Source: a virus
Taxonomy: Duplodnaviria > Caudoviricetes
Reading direction: 5' to 3' (one strand)
Virus record (IMG/VR): IMGVR_UViG_3300033233_001970
Length of the DNA: 64,000 nt
The notes below the pieces were generated by a model that saw only the letters and a list, made by a program, of their open reading frames with translations, was not told where the DNA came from and searched no databases. A program made the translations under genes and the position numbers. Each line of letters begins with the position of its first letter. Position 1 is the stretch's first letter. Positions 48,519 to 58,607 of the stretch are shown here, one piece after another.

Positions 48519-49156
48519 CACGTCCCCTTGAACGCTGCAACCGGAGCGCTTCCCAGAAAATCGGGTTGACTCATGTCGTAATCGATCACGATTCCTGGCG
48601 CGACAATAGTGTTTCCAGGCCAGGCTTGAACGAGTTGGTACCCGCGATGATCGACGTTGGGGACTTGTCCACCACTTCTCCAATATCGCGCGATAGTCAA
48701 GTTGTTGTAGAGCTGCGACGACGTGAGCTGAACACCAGGCTCGAAATACCCGCCAAGCGCGCTCCCATACATTCCTCCGCTTACCGCGCCTTGGTACCAG
48801 GCGTTGCAATACGCGATGGCGACGTCGGCTGAGCACGGATTGAGATCAAACCAAAGACACGCACCAGGCGGATACCCGATGGCAAGAGCGGCATGTGCGG
48901 CCGTGACGCCGTCAGCGTGTCCCGTGTCTGCGCTCCATCCCGATTTGCGCGCGAACTGAACCAACATGATCCCTTGGCCCGTTGACGTGAGGGCGTCGAG
49001 CTCCGCCGCCGTAATGCTTGGCGGTGAGCTCCCGTTCGTAACGTAGCGAACCCCGAACTTGAACCCGAGCGCAGCGAGCGTTTTCGCTTTCGCCGTATCT
49101 AATGTTTCTGACGTGTCCCAGCCCCACGCGTTGCTCAGTCCCTTCGGTACGTACAT
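48518..49156 (-). CDS. DUF1906/GH25-like peptidoglycan glycoside hydrolase
   Basis: GWDT......G.KFGVRY....IT.AE....G..DG..A...A..IG.P.G..LWFDL...IDYD. Confidence 0.75.
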   Translation of the reverse strand: MYVPKGLSNAWGWDTSETLDTAKAKTLAALGFKFGVRYVTNGSSPPSITAAELDALTSTGQGIMLVQFARKSGWSADTGHADGVTAAHAALAIGYPPGACLWFDLNPCSADVAIAYCNAWYQGAVSGGMYGSALGGYFEPGVQLTSSQLYNNLTIARYWRSGGQVPNVDHRGYQLVQAWPGNTIVAPGIVIDYDMSQPDFLGSAPVAAFKGT

Positions 49157-49216
49157 GATCGAAGCCTATCATGTTTCGATCCGGCAACGATTTACGTTGC
49201 GTGATACCATCGCCGC

Positions 49217-50413
49217 ATGGCGTGGATCGACATCTCCGCTTCCGGACTTTTGAAGGACGGCGGCGTGTACCAAATCGGCATCGTCACATCTCCCACGTGG
49301 ACCGTCGACATCGTCAAGACAAAGTTCGAGTCCGCCCCTCCTGGTCTTCCGGGTGGCGCCTTCAGCATCGATTCGGTTACGCCGGGATCTTCAAGCGGTA
49401 CCGTCAAAAGCTGGAAATTCCTCGGCACGTGGCACGGTGCGCCCGTAGTCGTAAGTCGGAAGCCTGCGGACACGCCGGACGTGCAGTACGCCGCCGTCTT
49501 CGAACAGGTGCCCGACCCTCCGCCTCCTCCGCCGAAGCCCAATGCGGAGTCCGACACGTCACTTCCCGTCGCCGGAGGCAGTTCGAAGTCATGGCCCGTG
49601 GTGCTCGGGCTTCTCGCGTTGGGAGGGCTCCTGGGCGGCGGAACGTATTTTTTCCTGAAACAAAAAGCGTACGCGACGAGCAATCCGAAACGCGACTATC
49701 CTTACATCTCTTCTCCAAGCGGTAGGTACATTCTGTCACGAGACGGAAAAATCGTGACGCGCGGTACCGAACAAGAAATATGGAAGTACCTGCACACCAC
49801 GCACGGCTACAGCGTCGAGCACGCAATCAAATACGAAGGCTACAAAATACAGCCCGATTTGACGCTCCCGCCGAAGCGTAATCCTGTCGAGCCCTTCGAA
49901 TACGAGCGTTACCAGCATGGTGGCGTTGACGTCGAGATCAGTCTGAGTCGTCTCGACCCATGTACCAAGTATCCCGAAATGCGCAAAGCTCTGGGCGATC
50001 TCGCTTGTCCAGGTGATTTGTATTACGGGCGAGCCATTTCGCCTACGGGTCACGAGCTCGTGGTGACTGCACGAACATCGACGGGTGCTCGCCGCATGAT
50101 CGAAGCCGAGGTCGATCGACGTTGGCTCGGATCGCGCCATCTCGCGAATCCCGTTCGTTACGAAACAACGTTCGACCACCACGGGGTTCCCGTTCACGTT
50201 CACCGTGAAGACATCGACGGTCGGGCCACGTACTGCGCCGACTACCGCGCTGTCGAAATGACTCTTCCTGGCTCTGGCGGCGTCGTGTGTGGTCCCGACA
50301 AGTCTGAAGCCATGAACGAGGCCAAAAGACGTATCGACGCGCTCGGGTGGCGCAGTCGAACCATGGCGAGTCGGGCGCCGCGATTTCGAACACGTTCACG
50401 ATCAGGATATTGA
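49217..50413 (+). CDS. N-domain + TM + three NP-delimited modules
   Basis: TSNP, KRNP, LANP joints; last two modules HicB-like. Confidence 0.75.
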   Translation: MAWIDISASGLLKDGGVYQIGIVTSPTWTVDIVKTKFESAPPGLPGGAFSIDSVTPGSSSGTVKSWKFLGTWHGAPVVVSRKPADTPDVQYAAVFEQVPDPPPPPPKPNAESDTSLPVAGGSSKSWPVVLGLLALGGLLGGGTYFFLKQKAYATSNPKRDYPYISSPSGRYILSRDGKIVTRGTEQEIWKYLHTTHGYSVEHAIKYEGYKIQPDLTLPPKRNPVEPFEYERYQHGGVDVEISLSRLDPCTKYPEMRKALGDLACPGDLYYGRAISPTGHELVVTARTSTGARRMIEAEVDRRWLGSRHLANPVRYETTFDHHGVPVHVHREDIDGRATYCADYRAVEMTLPGSGGVVCGPDKSEAMNEAKRRIDALGWRSRTMASRAPRFRTRSRSGY

Positions 50414-50416
50414 ATC

Positions 50417-51142
50417 ATGACTATACGCGCCAGATACCACGTCGCTTTCGCTGCCGACAGTTACCCAGTACCTCGCATTGCTGGTCCTCCTGGTCCTCCA
50501 CCCGTAGGCGATCCGAATACGGTCGCCTTCTTCAGTCCAGGCGGAGTGTTGACCGACAACACCGCGCTCACGGCGGGCCAAGTTGACGCCTTTCAGCGAC
50601 CGCAAATTCATGATTTTCGCCTCGGGCCTACCAACCGTGGCGCGGTGTATCGCCTTGGCCGGTGGCAAGCCGACGGTGATCCAACATCGGTTACGTCCGA
50701 GGGCTACGTCACATACGGACCGAACGCGCTCGGTACTGGACCGAGCCCCACCGACGGTGGATTAGGTTTCTACACACCAAACTCGTTCGGGGTGCTCGAC
50801 ATCATCAACGGCGTCAACGGCAACAACACGTTTTACCTGTGCGGGTTCGAGGACGGGGGACCGGCCGCTCCGTTCGGTCTCGACGGCTTCATCGTCAACG
50901 ATAACCTCGCGGCGCCAATCTTTTGGGTCAAGCGCTCAGACAACTCAATCAACGCACGAACGCTTCGCGTCGGGTTCACCCCGGCAACGACCGCGAAATG
51001 GTCAGCAGGGGCAGGGGCGCCCAACGGCGTTGTCGTTGGTAGCCCTGGCGATCTCTACTCGAACACGGCGGGCGGTGCCGGCACGACATTGTGGGTCAAG
51101 GAGGCCGGCGTTGCGACGAACGTCGGATGGGTCGGTAAGTAA
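50417..51142 (+). CDS. fibre-like protein (FAAxxYP leader)
   Basis: C-terminal GAGAPNGVVVGSPGDLYSNT.GG...TLWVKE.G....GW typical of phage fibre ends. Confidence 0.7.
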   Translation: MTIRARYHVAFAADSYPVPRIAGPPGPPPVGDPNTVAFFSPGGVLTDNTALTAGQVDAFQRPQIHDFRLGPTNRGAVYRLGRWQADGDPTSVTSEGYVTYGPNALGTGPSPTDGGLGFYTPNSFGVLDIINGVNGNNTFYLCGFEDGGPAAPFGLDGFIVNDNLAAPIFWVKRSDNSINARTLRVGFTPATTAKWSAGAGAPNGVVVGSPGDLYSNTAGGAGTTLWVKEAGVATNVGWVGK

Positions 51143-51145
51143 CTC

Positions 51146-51991
51146 ATGACCACACGAGCCAGACAGCACGTCGCCTTCGCTGCCGACAACTACCCCACGC
51201 CTCATTTCGCGAGCCCAGGCCCTTCCGGCGATCCGAATGCCGTCGCGTTCTTCAGCCCGACAGGTGCCGCGCTCATCGACAACCCGCAATTCATCGTCGA
51301 CAACTCTGATCCGAATAACCTCCGCGTTTACATCAACCAAACGGGCCCCGTACCCTACGCGCCTGCGACTCCGAGCGGCGCGGGGATGCAGTACAGCAGC
51401 AATGTCGCTGGCCGCGCTGCGCTTCGTCTCTCGCAGTATGGAAACAACGGCGGGGCACAGAACGTCTCATTCTTCAAGTCGCGCGGAACCAACGTCGGAG
51501 ACGAGGCCGCTCTTATAGCCGGCGACACCATCCTGAACCTCACCGGTGCTGGCGTCGCGGGTGACGGCCTGTCGGTTCCGCTCGCCGCCATTTTTGACGC
51601 CATCATCCCTGCGGGCGGCGTCTTCGCGCAGAGCATCTCGCCGGACTTCCGCTGGCAGCTCGCAAAGAGCGCCATCAACTCGCGTCGCGAGGTCTGGCGC
51701 ATGGTCGGTCTGACCGGCGACTTCGTGATGAAGAACGCCGGTCAGCGCATTCTCATCAAAGAGGGCGCGAACGCGATGCAGGGCGTGGCAACAAACGGCG
51801 CCACTGTCCTGAACACACTCATCACGGCGAACACGCGCATCTCGCTCACGTGGCAGGACGGCGGAGGGGTGCCGTCTGGGGCGCCCTACGTGTCCGCGCG
51901 CGTCGTCGGAATAAGCTTTACGATTCAGAGTACGAACGTCCTTGATGCCGGCGTGAACGTCTTCTGGCAGCTCTGGGAGCCCGCGCCCTGA
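51146..51991 (+). CDS. fibre-like protein (FAAxxYP leader)
   Basis: paralogous N-terminus to upstream gene; F.KSRGT....GD motif of tail fibres. Confidence 0.7.
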   Translation: MTTRARQHVAFAADNYPTPHFASPGPSGDPNAVAFFSPTGAALIDNPQFIVDNSDPNNLRVYINQTGPVPYAPATPSGAGMQYSSNVAGRAALRLSQYGNNGGAQNVSFFKSRGTNVGDEAALIAGDTILNLTGAGVAGDGLSVPLAAIFDAIIPAGGVFAQSISPDFRWQLAKSAINSRREVWRMVGLTGDFVMKNAGQRILIKEGANAMQGVATNGATVLNTLITANTRISLTWQDGGGVPSGAPYVSARVVGISFTIQSTNVLDAGVNVFWQLWEPAP

Positions 51992-52008
51992 CCTGGTAGA
52001 CTCGGCGT

Positions 52009-52278
52009 ATGGGAAAGGATTTCTGGGAGCGTTTCCTCGAGAAAATTCTCGGCCCGCACTACCAGCGCAACAGGTTCATTTGCAAAGCGTGCGTAAGGGA
52101 CGGCGACAAGAAAGAGTACGTCGGGGTCTCGGACCTCGGCCTCTGCGGACGATGCCGAACAAATAACGCCGAATACCATCTGCGCCGGCAAGGTTTCGAT
52201 TGCCCTATTTGCCGACAAAATCACATGGACGCTTGCAGCGAGCGCGCCATCAAGGCTCTCTTGCAGGGCGGCGCGTAA
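52009..52278 (+). CDS. multi-CxxC zinc-binding protein
   Basis: CKAC, CGRC, CPIC. Confidence 0.6.
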   Translation: MGKDFWERFLEKILGPHYQRNRFICKACVRDGDKKEYVGVSDLGLCGRCRTNNAEYHLRRQGFDCPICRQNHMDACSERAIKALLQGGA

Positions 52279-52925
52279 TGGCTAGGCTCGCCGACGTCGC
52301 TTTCACCATGTCGCATTTTCGAGATATCGAAGATGTATCGCGTGAAGTATTCGGGCCGCTCTACGGCTCCAAAGAAGAGCAGCTCCAGGCGCTTCAAGCG
52401 TCGTATCGACGCATTAGCTTGGACATCCATCCCGATCGGTACGCGGGGCGTCCTGACGCCAATCTAGCGAACGAGACCTTCATCAAGATCACGCGCCTCC
52501 GCGATCAGATGGAAGCGCGCATTCGTGGCCAAGCTTTGCCTGCGCTTCCCGGCCCTCCTGGTTCTCACTATTCCGAAGAGCTCGTAACGAGACGAAACAC
52601 CGATCTTCGTCCTTGGTCGCCCGCACCACCTGAGCGCGAAACTACTGGTTACGACGAGCCTCCGTACCCACCGCTGCCGAATTGTGTATGCCTCGGACTT
52701 GCGCGGAAAAATCTCCCGTACCGCACCATTTTCTATTTTGCCAATCCCACTCAAGAGTACGCCACCATCAGCGGCCAGCGAAAAAACCTCGTGACGCATG
52801 CCACGGAATGTACGTCCTATCGAAGCCTTTATTCTGCGACAACCAAGCAAGAGTCTACGTGGACGACCGGCGCCATGGCGGTGATGATGCTTCGTGGATG
52901 GTACTGGCAGAAGATGGTTTTGTGA
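52278..52925 (+). CDS. J-domain-like protein with ANP-delimited C-module
   Basis: YRRISLDIHPDRY....ANETF..I (HPD motif). Confidence 0.55.
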   Translation: MARLADVAFTMSHFRDIEDVSREVFGPLYGSKEEQLQALQASYRRISLDIHPDRYAGRPDANLANETFIKITRLRDQMEARIRGQALPALPGPPGSHYSEELVTRRNTDLRPWSPAPPERETTGYDEPPYPPLPNCVCLGLARKNLPYRTIFYFANPTQEYATISGQRKNLVTHATECTSYRSLYSATTKQESTWTTGAMAVMMLRGWYWQKMVL

Positions 52926-52937
52926 TACGCTCGCGTC

Positions 52938-53537
52938 ATGCCGATGATCGTGAAAAGACGCGTTATCCCAACGGGCGCTGGCTACACGCAGCTCTCTGCA
53001 ACGCGTACCGACATCACCGATCTCGACGAGCTCGCCGATATGCTCGATGTGCCTGGACCTGAGCAGTGGGGCGAGTGGATAGCCGAATCGGAAGAAGTCT
53101 CGTACGAAGGCGGAGCCGCATACGACGGAGCCATCGAAGAAGGGCTCACGGAAGAAGAAGCCGAAAAGGCCAGAGATGCAGCCGAGCAGCAAGCCTCGGA
53201 CGAGATTTACGAAAACTACGCCAACGCGCTCGTTTCTACCGTCAACCACTTCTTTGGGGAGCACGGACTTACCGTTGTTCCTGTTCGGCCCCACGTCGCA
53301 ATTCCGTTCGAGTATCGGATCGTGCCGGAAAAGTCGTGGAGCGATGCAGCAGAAGCCATCATCGACACCATCAACGGCGTCGGAACATTTCATTTCAGTA
53401 GCCTTCAAGATTTCATGGATTCAGGTCCGTACACGGCAAAACAAGCCGTTCTTAAACATCTTCACTGGATTCAGGCACGAAGCAAAGTTTACGGAGGATC
53501 AAGCCCTCGCGCCTACTTCGATCGGCAACTGAGGTAA
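52938..53537 (+). CDS. acidic hypothetical phage protein
   Basis: TGATACGCT-N6-ATG; coherent 199 aa ORF. Confidence 0.65.
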   Translation: MPMIVKRRVIPTGAGYTQLSATRTDITDLDELADMLDVPGPEQWGEWIAESEEVSYEGGAAYDGAIEEGLTEEEAEKARDAAEQQASDEIYENYANALVSTVNHFFGEHGLTVVPVRPHVAIPFEYRIVPEKSWSDAAEAIIDTINGVGTFHFSSLQDFMDSGPYTAKQAVLKHLHWIQARSKVYGGSSPRAYFDRQLR

Positions 53538-53538
53538 C

Positions 53539-53886
53539 ATGGCTGCGAGAAAAAGTGTTGCGTACCGTGGCGGAAAGCCCGTCCTCGCGTCATCGCAGGG
53601 ATGGGTAGCGACCTACGTCGAATGGATCTCCACAGAAGACATTTTCGAAGAAGGTTTAACCGGAAGAGAACACGTCGTTCTTCTGGAGAAGCCGCAGCAT
53701 CGAGCCAAAACGCTCAACAAGCTTCTTGAAAAATTATCGTCGCAGTACGGGTTTCTTCCGCCAACCAACAAAGACGCGTGGGTCACTCAAAGCACCGATC
53801 CTAATTCCGAGCCCATGGCCGGTATGCCAACGATCGTTGCAGGAACGGCAACACCGTTTGCCACCGCGAGCGCGTTGCCGTTCTGA
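53539..53886 (+). CDS. hypothetical protein, probably 3'-truncated (tail reads antisense through neighbour)
   Basis: GAGG RBS; last ~27 codons overlap 53787..53927 on opposite strand. Confidence 0.5.
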   Translation: MAARKSVAYRGGKPVLASSQGWVATYVEWISTEDIFEEGLTGREHVVLLEKPQHRAKTLNKLLEKLSSQYGFLPPTNKDAWVTQSTDPNSEPMAGMPTIVAGTATPFATASALPF

Positions 53887-53927
53887 TCGAACAGCATCAC
53901 CGGCTCGAGCGTCGAATCCTGACTCAT
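53787..53927 (-). pseudogene. truncated paralogue of 54427..55089
   Basis: MSQDSTLEPVMLFDQNGNALAVANG...AMGSE vs MSQNSTLEPVMLFDQNGNALSVQNG...AMGSD; stop after 46 aa. Confidence 0.7.
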
Positions 53928-54418
53928 GCGAAGCTTTCGCCCCACATGATGTCGATGAAATGATTAATCGTGACAAGATTCGCAATCGCGATAATGACCG
54001 CAGCCTCACCCGGATCGAGGATCATCGCATCATCCTCTGAAACACTGTCAAAAACTGGGTAGATGGTGCTTGGCGCGTCGCCAGCAGCCGTAATCAGAGC
54101 TCCTGGCGTGAGCAGCGTGGCTGTATCACCCGTAGACACTGCTGTCGGCGACGAGCGCACGATGGCTTGCGGAGCAAAATCACTCGTCGTATGGAGAACC
54201 GCCGGCAATACAACTCCAAGAGTAGGCATTCCTACAGTGCGCGTAAGCTTGTACCAAAATACGATGGTCGCTACGGTGGACGCACTTTGCGCGCGAACGC
54301 GGCGAAGAAACACGCGTGAAGGCGACGCGACTGGATTTTCGATGCTGAGGAGATTTTGGGCGACAACACTGCCCGCAATAGCCCCCGTTGCCGCAAAGTA
54401 GGTTCCTCGGTTCGCCAC
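53924..54418 (-). CDS. beta-rich virion-type protein
   Basis: C-terminal ILDPGEA..I.......I.WGE; paralogous fold to 54427..55089. Confidence 0.65.
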   Translation of the reverse strand: MANRGTYFAATGAIAGSVVAQNLLSIENPVASPSRVFLRRVRAQSASTVATIVFWYKLTRTVGMPTLGVVLPAVLHTTSDFAPQAIVRSSPTAVSTGDTATLLTPGALITAAGDAPSTIYPVFDSVSEDDAMILDPGEAAVIIAIANLVTINHFIDIMWGESFA

Positions 54419-54426
54419 GTTTCACC

Positions 54427-55089
54427 TCAGGTTTTTATCCAATAATAGGTGACGGAAACCTGTTGCGCGGTGCCTAGCGCAGTACCGACGACAGTGCGAA
54501 TTTCGAAGCCTTCAGCGACGCCGCTACGAATGACGATTGCCTTGCCTTCTGATTCTGCACGCCAAATGTAGTCGCCGCTATTGCTCGTTGATCCTGAAAA
54601 ATTGAGTGAAATGAGATCGCCGGCAACACGCGTGGGGGCACCCGTCGCGCCTGTACGAAATACTGTCGCGGCTGCGAGAGCGGCGTCGCCACGATCGGTA
54701 GGATTGATCGTTTGCGATGTGCCTCCGGGAGCGCCCGCTTCGGCCGTAATGAAAGCGCCACGAAAAACAACGTTGCTTGTCGCGCCTGCACCACCACCGA
54801 ACGACATATCGATGCGGTAAATTTCGTAACGCTCCGCGACGGCGGCAGGATGAAACAAATACGCAATGCTCGTCGTCGTGGCAGCAGCGGTGCCTGTCGA
54901 TGTGCTTCCATTGGAGCTCGCCATGTAGCTCGGCGTAAAGATCTTCATTCGCTGCGCGTTCGTGCCGTCGCTGCCCATAGCGAAGAGCCCCGGCGTGCTC
55001 GCTGGGATAGCCGCACCGTTTTGCACGGAGAGCGCGTTGCCGTTCTGATCGAACAGCATCACCGGCTCGAGCGTCGAATTCTGGCTCAT
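54427..55089 (-). CDS. beta-rich virion-type protein
   Basis: K.IVIR.G..EGFEI.......VSVT..W C-terminus. Confidence 0.65.
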   Translation of the reverse strand: MSQNSTLEPVMLFDQNGNALSVQNGAAIPASTPGLFAMGSDGTNAQRMKIFTPSYMASSNGSTSTGTAAATTTSIAYLFHPAAVAERYEIYRIDMSFGGGAGATSNVVFRGAFITAEAGAPGGTSQTINPTDRGDAALAAATVFRTGATGAPTRVAGDLISLNFSGSTSNSGDYIWRAESEGKAIVIRSGVAEGFEIRTVVGTALGTAQQVSVTYYWIKT

Positions 55090-55111
55090 CCGAGCATCGA
55101 CTCCTGACTCA

Positions 55112-55880
<769 letters not shown>

Positions 55881-55924
55881 TCATTTTCCATCAACAACTA
55901 CGATCGTTATCGATCGAAAACGAT

Positions 55925-57076
55925 TCACGAAGTGCAAACTTCGACGTCGGCCCCGCGATGTTCGACATTTACGATTTCGTTTGCCGGATGCATGCGCACG
56001 TTGAATCGATACGTCGTTCCGTGCCAGACCTCGATCGTCTGGTAACCAATTGACTTCGACATATCGTGTTGGAGCTCGATCGTTCGCGCGACAACATCTT
56101 TCGGAAGGCTCGCAAACGTCGGGAATTTCCAAGACGAACAGGCGGGCGCCGACTTGGACGATCGTGAAGCAAAAACGATAGCCGCGATTCCGGCGATGCC
56201 TAGAACAATGCCGCCGACAAGCGCGGGATTCATCGAGATGGGGTTCGCGGCAGGTGGACCTTCTTCATCTTTCTCGGATTGGGCCCATCGACGACCTTTC
56301 GCAGTCATCGCGTAGTAAACGTACGGGTACGTGCTCCGCGTCTTCAATTGCCAACGAACCTCGCCTGATATCCATCGACGACCTTCAGCCGTAAGCTCGA
56401 GAATGGCTGGGGAAGCGCCAATGGCGCCCTTGTGAACTTGTCGCGGCGTCCGTACGGAAATCAACCCACGTTGACGCATCCGCTTGATGAGGTATTTGGC
56501 GACCTGACGACTGACGCCACGATCGACAATTTCCCGCATCGTGATTTGGCCATGACGTTCTTCGATGAGTTTCTTAACCTGTTCGGTAACAGGATCGGCA
56601 ACCATGGCTCGCTCGAGGTAACCATGCTTGATGAACGTACTAACAACAACAGCCGCAGCCGTATCTGATCGGCCGGCAACGCGCGCCAGATCCTCAGTAC
56701 GGAACGGACCGACCGCATCAAGCTCGATGATGGCTGTTTTATAGCGCTGAATGGCTTGGCGGCGCGCAGCTTCGTGCTTCGTGTGCCACCTCTCCGGCAT
56801 TTGAAGACGCTTCGGTACCGGCGCTGGCGGCGGAAGCATCTTGTGAACAGGCTTCGGTCGCAGTTGCGGAAGGAACGGTGTCCGCAACTTCTCGATGATC
56901 TTTTTCCCGAGGAGTACCGCTTCGGCCGCGTTCTGGACGTTGCAAATCACCGAACCTTTGGGTCCTACTTTTCGGAGATCAACGCACCATTTGTGGAAAG
57001 AGACGTCGTACCAAATGGCATAGGGAACGCTCTTGTACTGATACTCGGCGTACGATCCAGGAAGGATAGCCGGCAT
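55925..57076 (-). CDS. HicB-like + nested winged-helix region + ANP-TM module
   Basis: ITMREI..GVSRQ....IKRM..RGLI...LTAEGR wHTH; PAANPISMNP + TM. Confidence 0.65.
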   Translation of the reverse strand: MPAILPGSYAEYQYKSVPYAIWYDVSFHKWCVDLRKVGPKGSVICNVQNAAEAVLLGKKIIEKLRTPFLPQLRPKPVHKMLPPPAPVPKRLQMPERWHTKHEAARRQAIQRYKTAIIELDAVGPFRTEDLARVAGRSDTAAAVVVSTFIKHGYLERAMVADPVTEQVKKLIEERHGQITMREIVDRGVSRQVAKYLIKRMRQRGLISVRTPRQVHKGAIGASPAILELTAEGRRWISGEVRWQLKTRSTYPYVYYAMTAKGRRWAQSEKDEEGPPAANPISMNPALVGGIVLGIAGIAAIVFASRSSKSAPACSSWKFPTFASLPKDVVARTIELQHDMSKSIGYQTIEVWHGTTYRFNVRMHPANEIVNVEHRGADVEVCTS

Positions 57077-57084
57077 TGGATGAC

Positions 57085-57651
57085 CTACGGCGTCGTGGAC
57101 TTTGGCTTCGTCGCGTACACGAGAAGCGCCAACAAGCCGACCGTGACGCCGACTCCTGCAAGCGTCCAGAGACCGCGCGTGTCGCCGTGGTACGGATCGG
57201 CTGGATTCATGTATGGCTTTGAAATCGCACCACCGCTCGCAATGTCGAGCGCTTCGGTAATCTCCTCGTCAGGCATGTTCATGCTCTTGAGGAACGCGAT
57301 CTTGTTTCCGATGGCGCCTGGTGCGTTTCGCAGAATGAAGACCGCACGCTCGATACGCCCTTCGCGTGTCGTGTTCGGATGCTTGTATTTGGGCTTTGAA
57401 CGAACAGGGTTCGCGCCTTCGCGAGTACGTGGATCGAAACGCGGATCAACCTCCGTACGCGCGATAATGTGATCGATGTAGCCCTGAGCTCGGGCAAGCG
57501 CGCGATCGTAGGTCGTGTCGTAGAGAGGGAACTTGTGCCCCAGAATCTCCGCGCGCCATTGTCTTTTGATCGACTCGTCGACCCATGTGAGGAAAATGGT
57601 GTACCCGCCGTATCGTTCGGTCTGCGCCGTCCTGCTGAGAGGATGCTCCAT
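57085..57651 (-). CDS. HicB-like domain + ANP module + C-terminal TM
   Basis: GGAGG RBS; IERAVFIL.......KIAFLKS..M.DEEI.EAL resembles Pex14-N three-helix pattern. Confidence 0.65.
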   Translation of the reverse strand: MEHPLSRTAQTERYGGYTIFLTWVDESIKRQWRAEILGHKFPLYDTTYDRALARAQGYIDHIIARTEVDPRFDPRTREGANPVRSKPKYKHPNTTREGRIERAVFILRNAPGAIGNKIAFLKSMNMPDEEITEALDIASGGAISKPYMNPADPYHGDTRGLWTLAGVGVTVGLLALLVYATKPKSTTP

Positions 57652-57830
57652 CACTCCTCCACTTTCTGGAGCGTACGGTTCGCCCAAAGCCTCAGGGCTT
57701 GCACGAGCGCTCGCTTGTCTTCGAGCTCGAGCGACGCGCACACATCGACTTGCTTTCGATACTCGATCTCGAGCGTTTCCGCGCCCATCTCGAGAATATC
57801 GGAGTCGATGATCATGGCGCTCGTCATCAT
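57651..57830 (-). CDS. 59 aa hypothetical protein (below ORF-track cut-off)
   Basis: MMTSAMIIDSDILEMG...LQKVEE; ATGA and TGATG overlaps at both ends. Confidence 0.55.
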   Translation of the reverse strand: MMTSAMIIDSDILEMGAETLEIEYRKQVDVCASLELEDKRALVQALRLWANRTLQKVEE

Positions 57831-58327
57831 GTCGTCGCGGTGGGTTTGCGAGTCACGACGTACGCGAGAGCGCCGACAAGAGCAGCAGCGCCGATGCCAA
57901 AGACTGCAATTTCGGCATTCTGCGAGATAGGGTTCGAACCTACTCGCTTTTTTGCGATCAAGTTTGCGTACTCGACGCGCGACATAGGTTGGTCCAAATG
58001 GACAGGGTTCGCCGTTGGCTCGAGCCCCAACGTGTACGGATCATTCGGCAACATTCTGATCTGTGGATACCAAGTATCCTTTTCGCTGTCCGCGTTTTTC
58101 TTCGCTTCCGCCCGTGACGAGAACGGCCCGTTGAACGCTTTGAGCCTTCGGTCACGATGACGAAGCGGGTAGTTGTAGAGAAGGACGTAGTAGCCGCCGC
58201 CCCTCGGTTTGAGGGCGGGTTCCGGCGGCGACGTTGCGGGATGTGCCGGCGCCCTTCCCGTCACGTACAACGCTCCGAGAATGGCGGCTCCGACAGCAAG
58301 CCCTGCGACGACGCCTCCGACACTCAT
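57827..58327 (-). CDS. membrane protein with two NP joints and terminal TM anchors
   Basis: N-terminal TM; GPFSSRAEA; TANP; GSNPISQ + TM. Confidence 0.7.
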   Translation of the reverse strand: MSVGGVVAGLAVGAAILGALYVTGRAPAHPATSPPEPALKPRGGGYYVLLYNYPLRHRDRRLKAFNGPFSSRAEAKKNADSEKDTWYPQIRMLPNDPYTLGLEPTANPVHLDQPMSRVEYANLIAKKRVGSNPISQNAEIAVFGIGAAALVGALAYVVTRKPTATT

Positions 58328-58328
58328 T

Positions 58329-58598
58329 TCAGTGCTTTCTTGAGTCGTCGTCCACGACCTCGACTTCAACGAACTGGCGTTTCAGTACCGGCTTCTTGCG
58401 CGCGCGGACGCGTTTTCGCGCGGTGGAAATCTTCTCGTCGGCGCCACGAAGGCGCTCCTGCACGTGATCGAGAAGCGCTTCCGTTGCGCCCTCGGCGGCG
58501 CCCTCGAGCCCGCGCGAGGCGGCCTGCGTGATGAATTCGCCGATCATGTTGCCGAGCGCGCCGGCAATGCGATCGATTTCCATTTTCTTGTTGGCCAT
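58329..58598 (-). CDS. helical hypothetical protein
   Basis: AGGGG RBS; coherent coiled ORF. Confidence 0.55.
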   Translation of the reverse strand: MANKKMEIDRIAGALGNMIGEFITQAASRGLEGAAEGATEALLDHVQERLRGADEKISTARKRVRARKKPVLKRQFVEVEVVDDDSRKH

Positions 58599-58607
58599 AG
58601 TTTTCCC

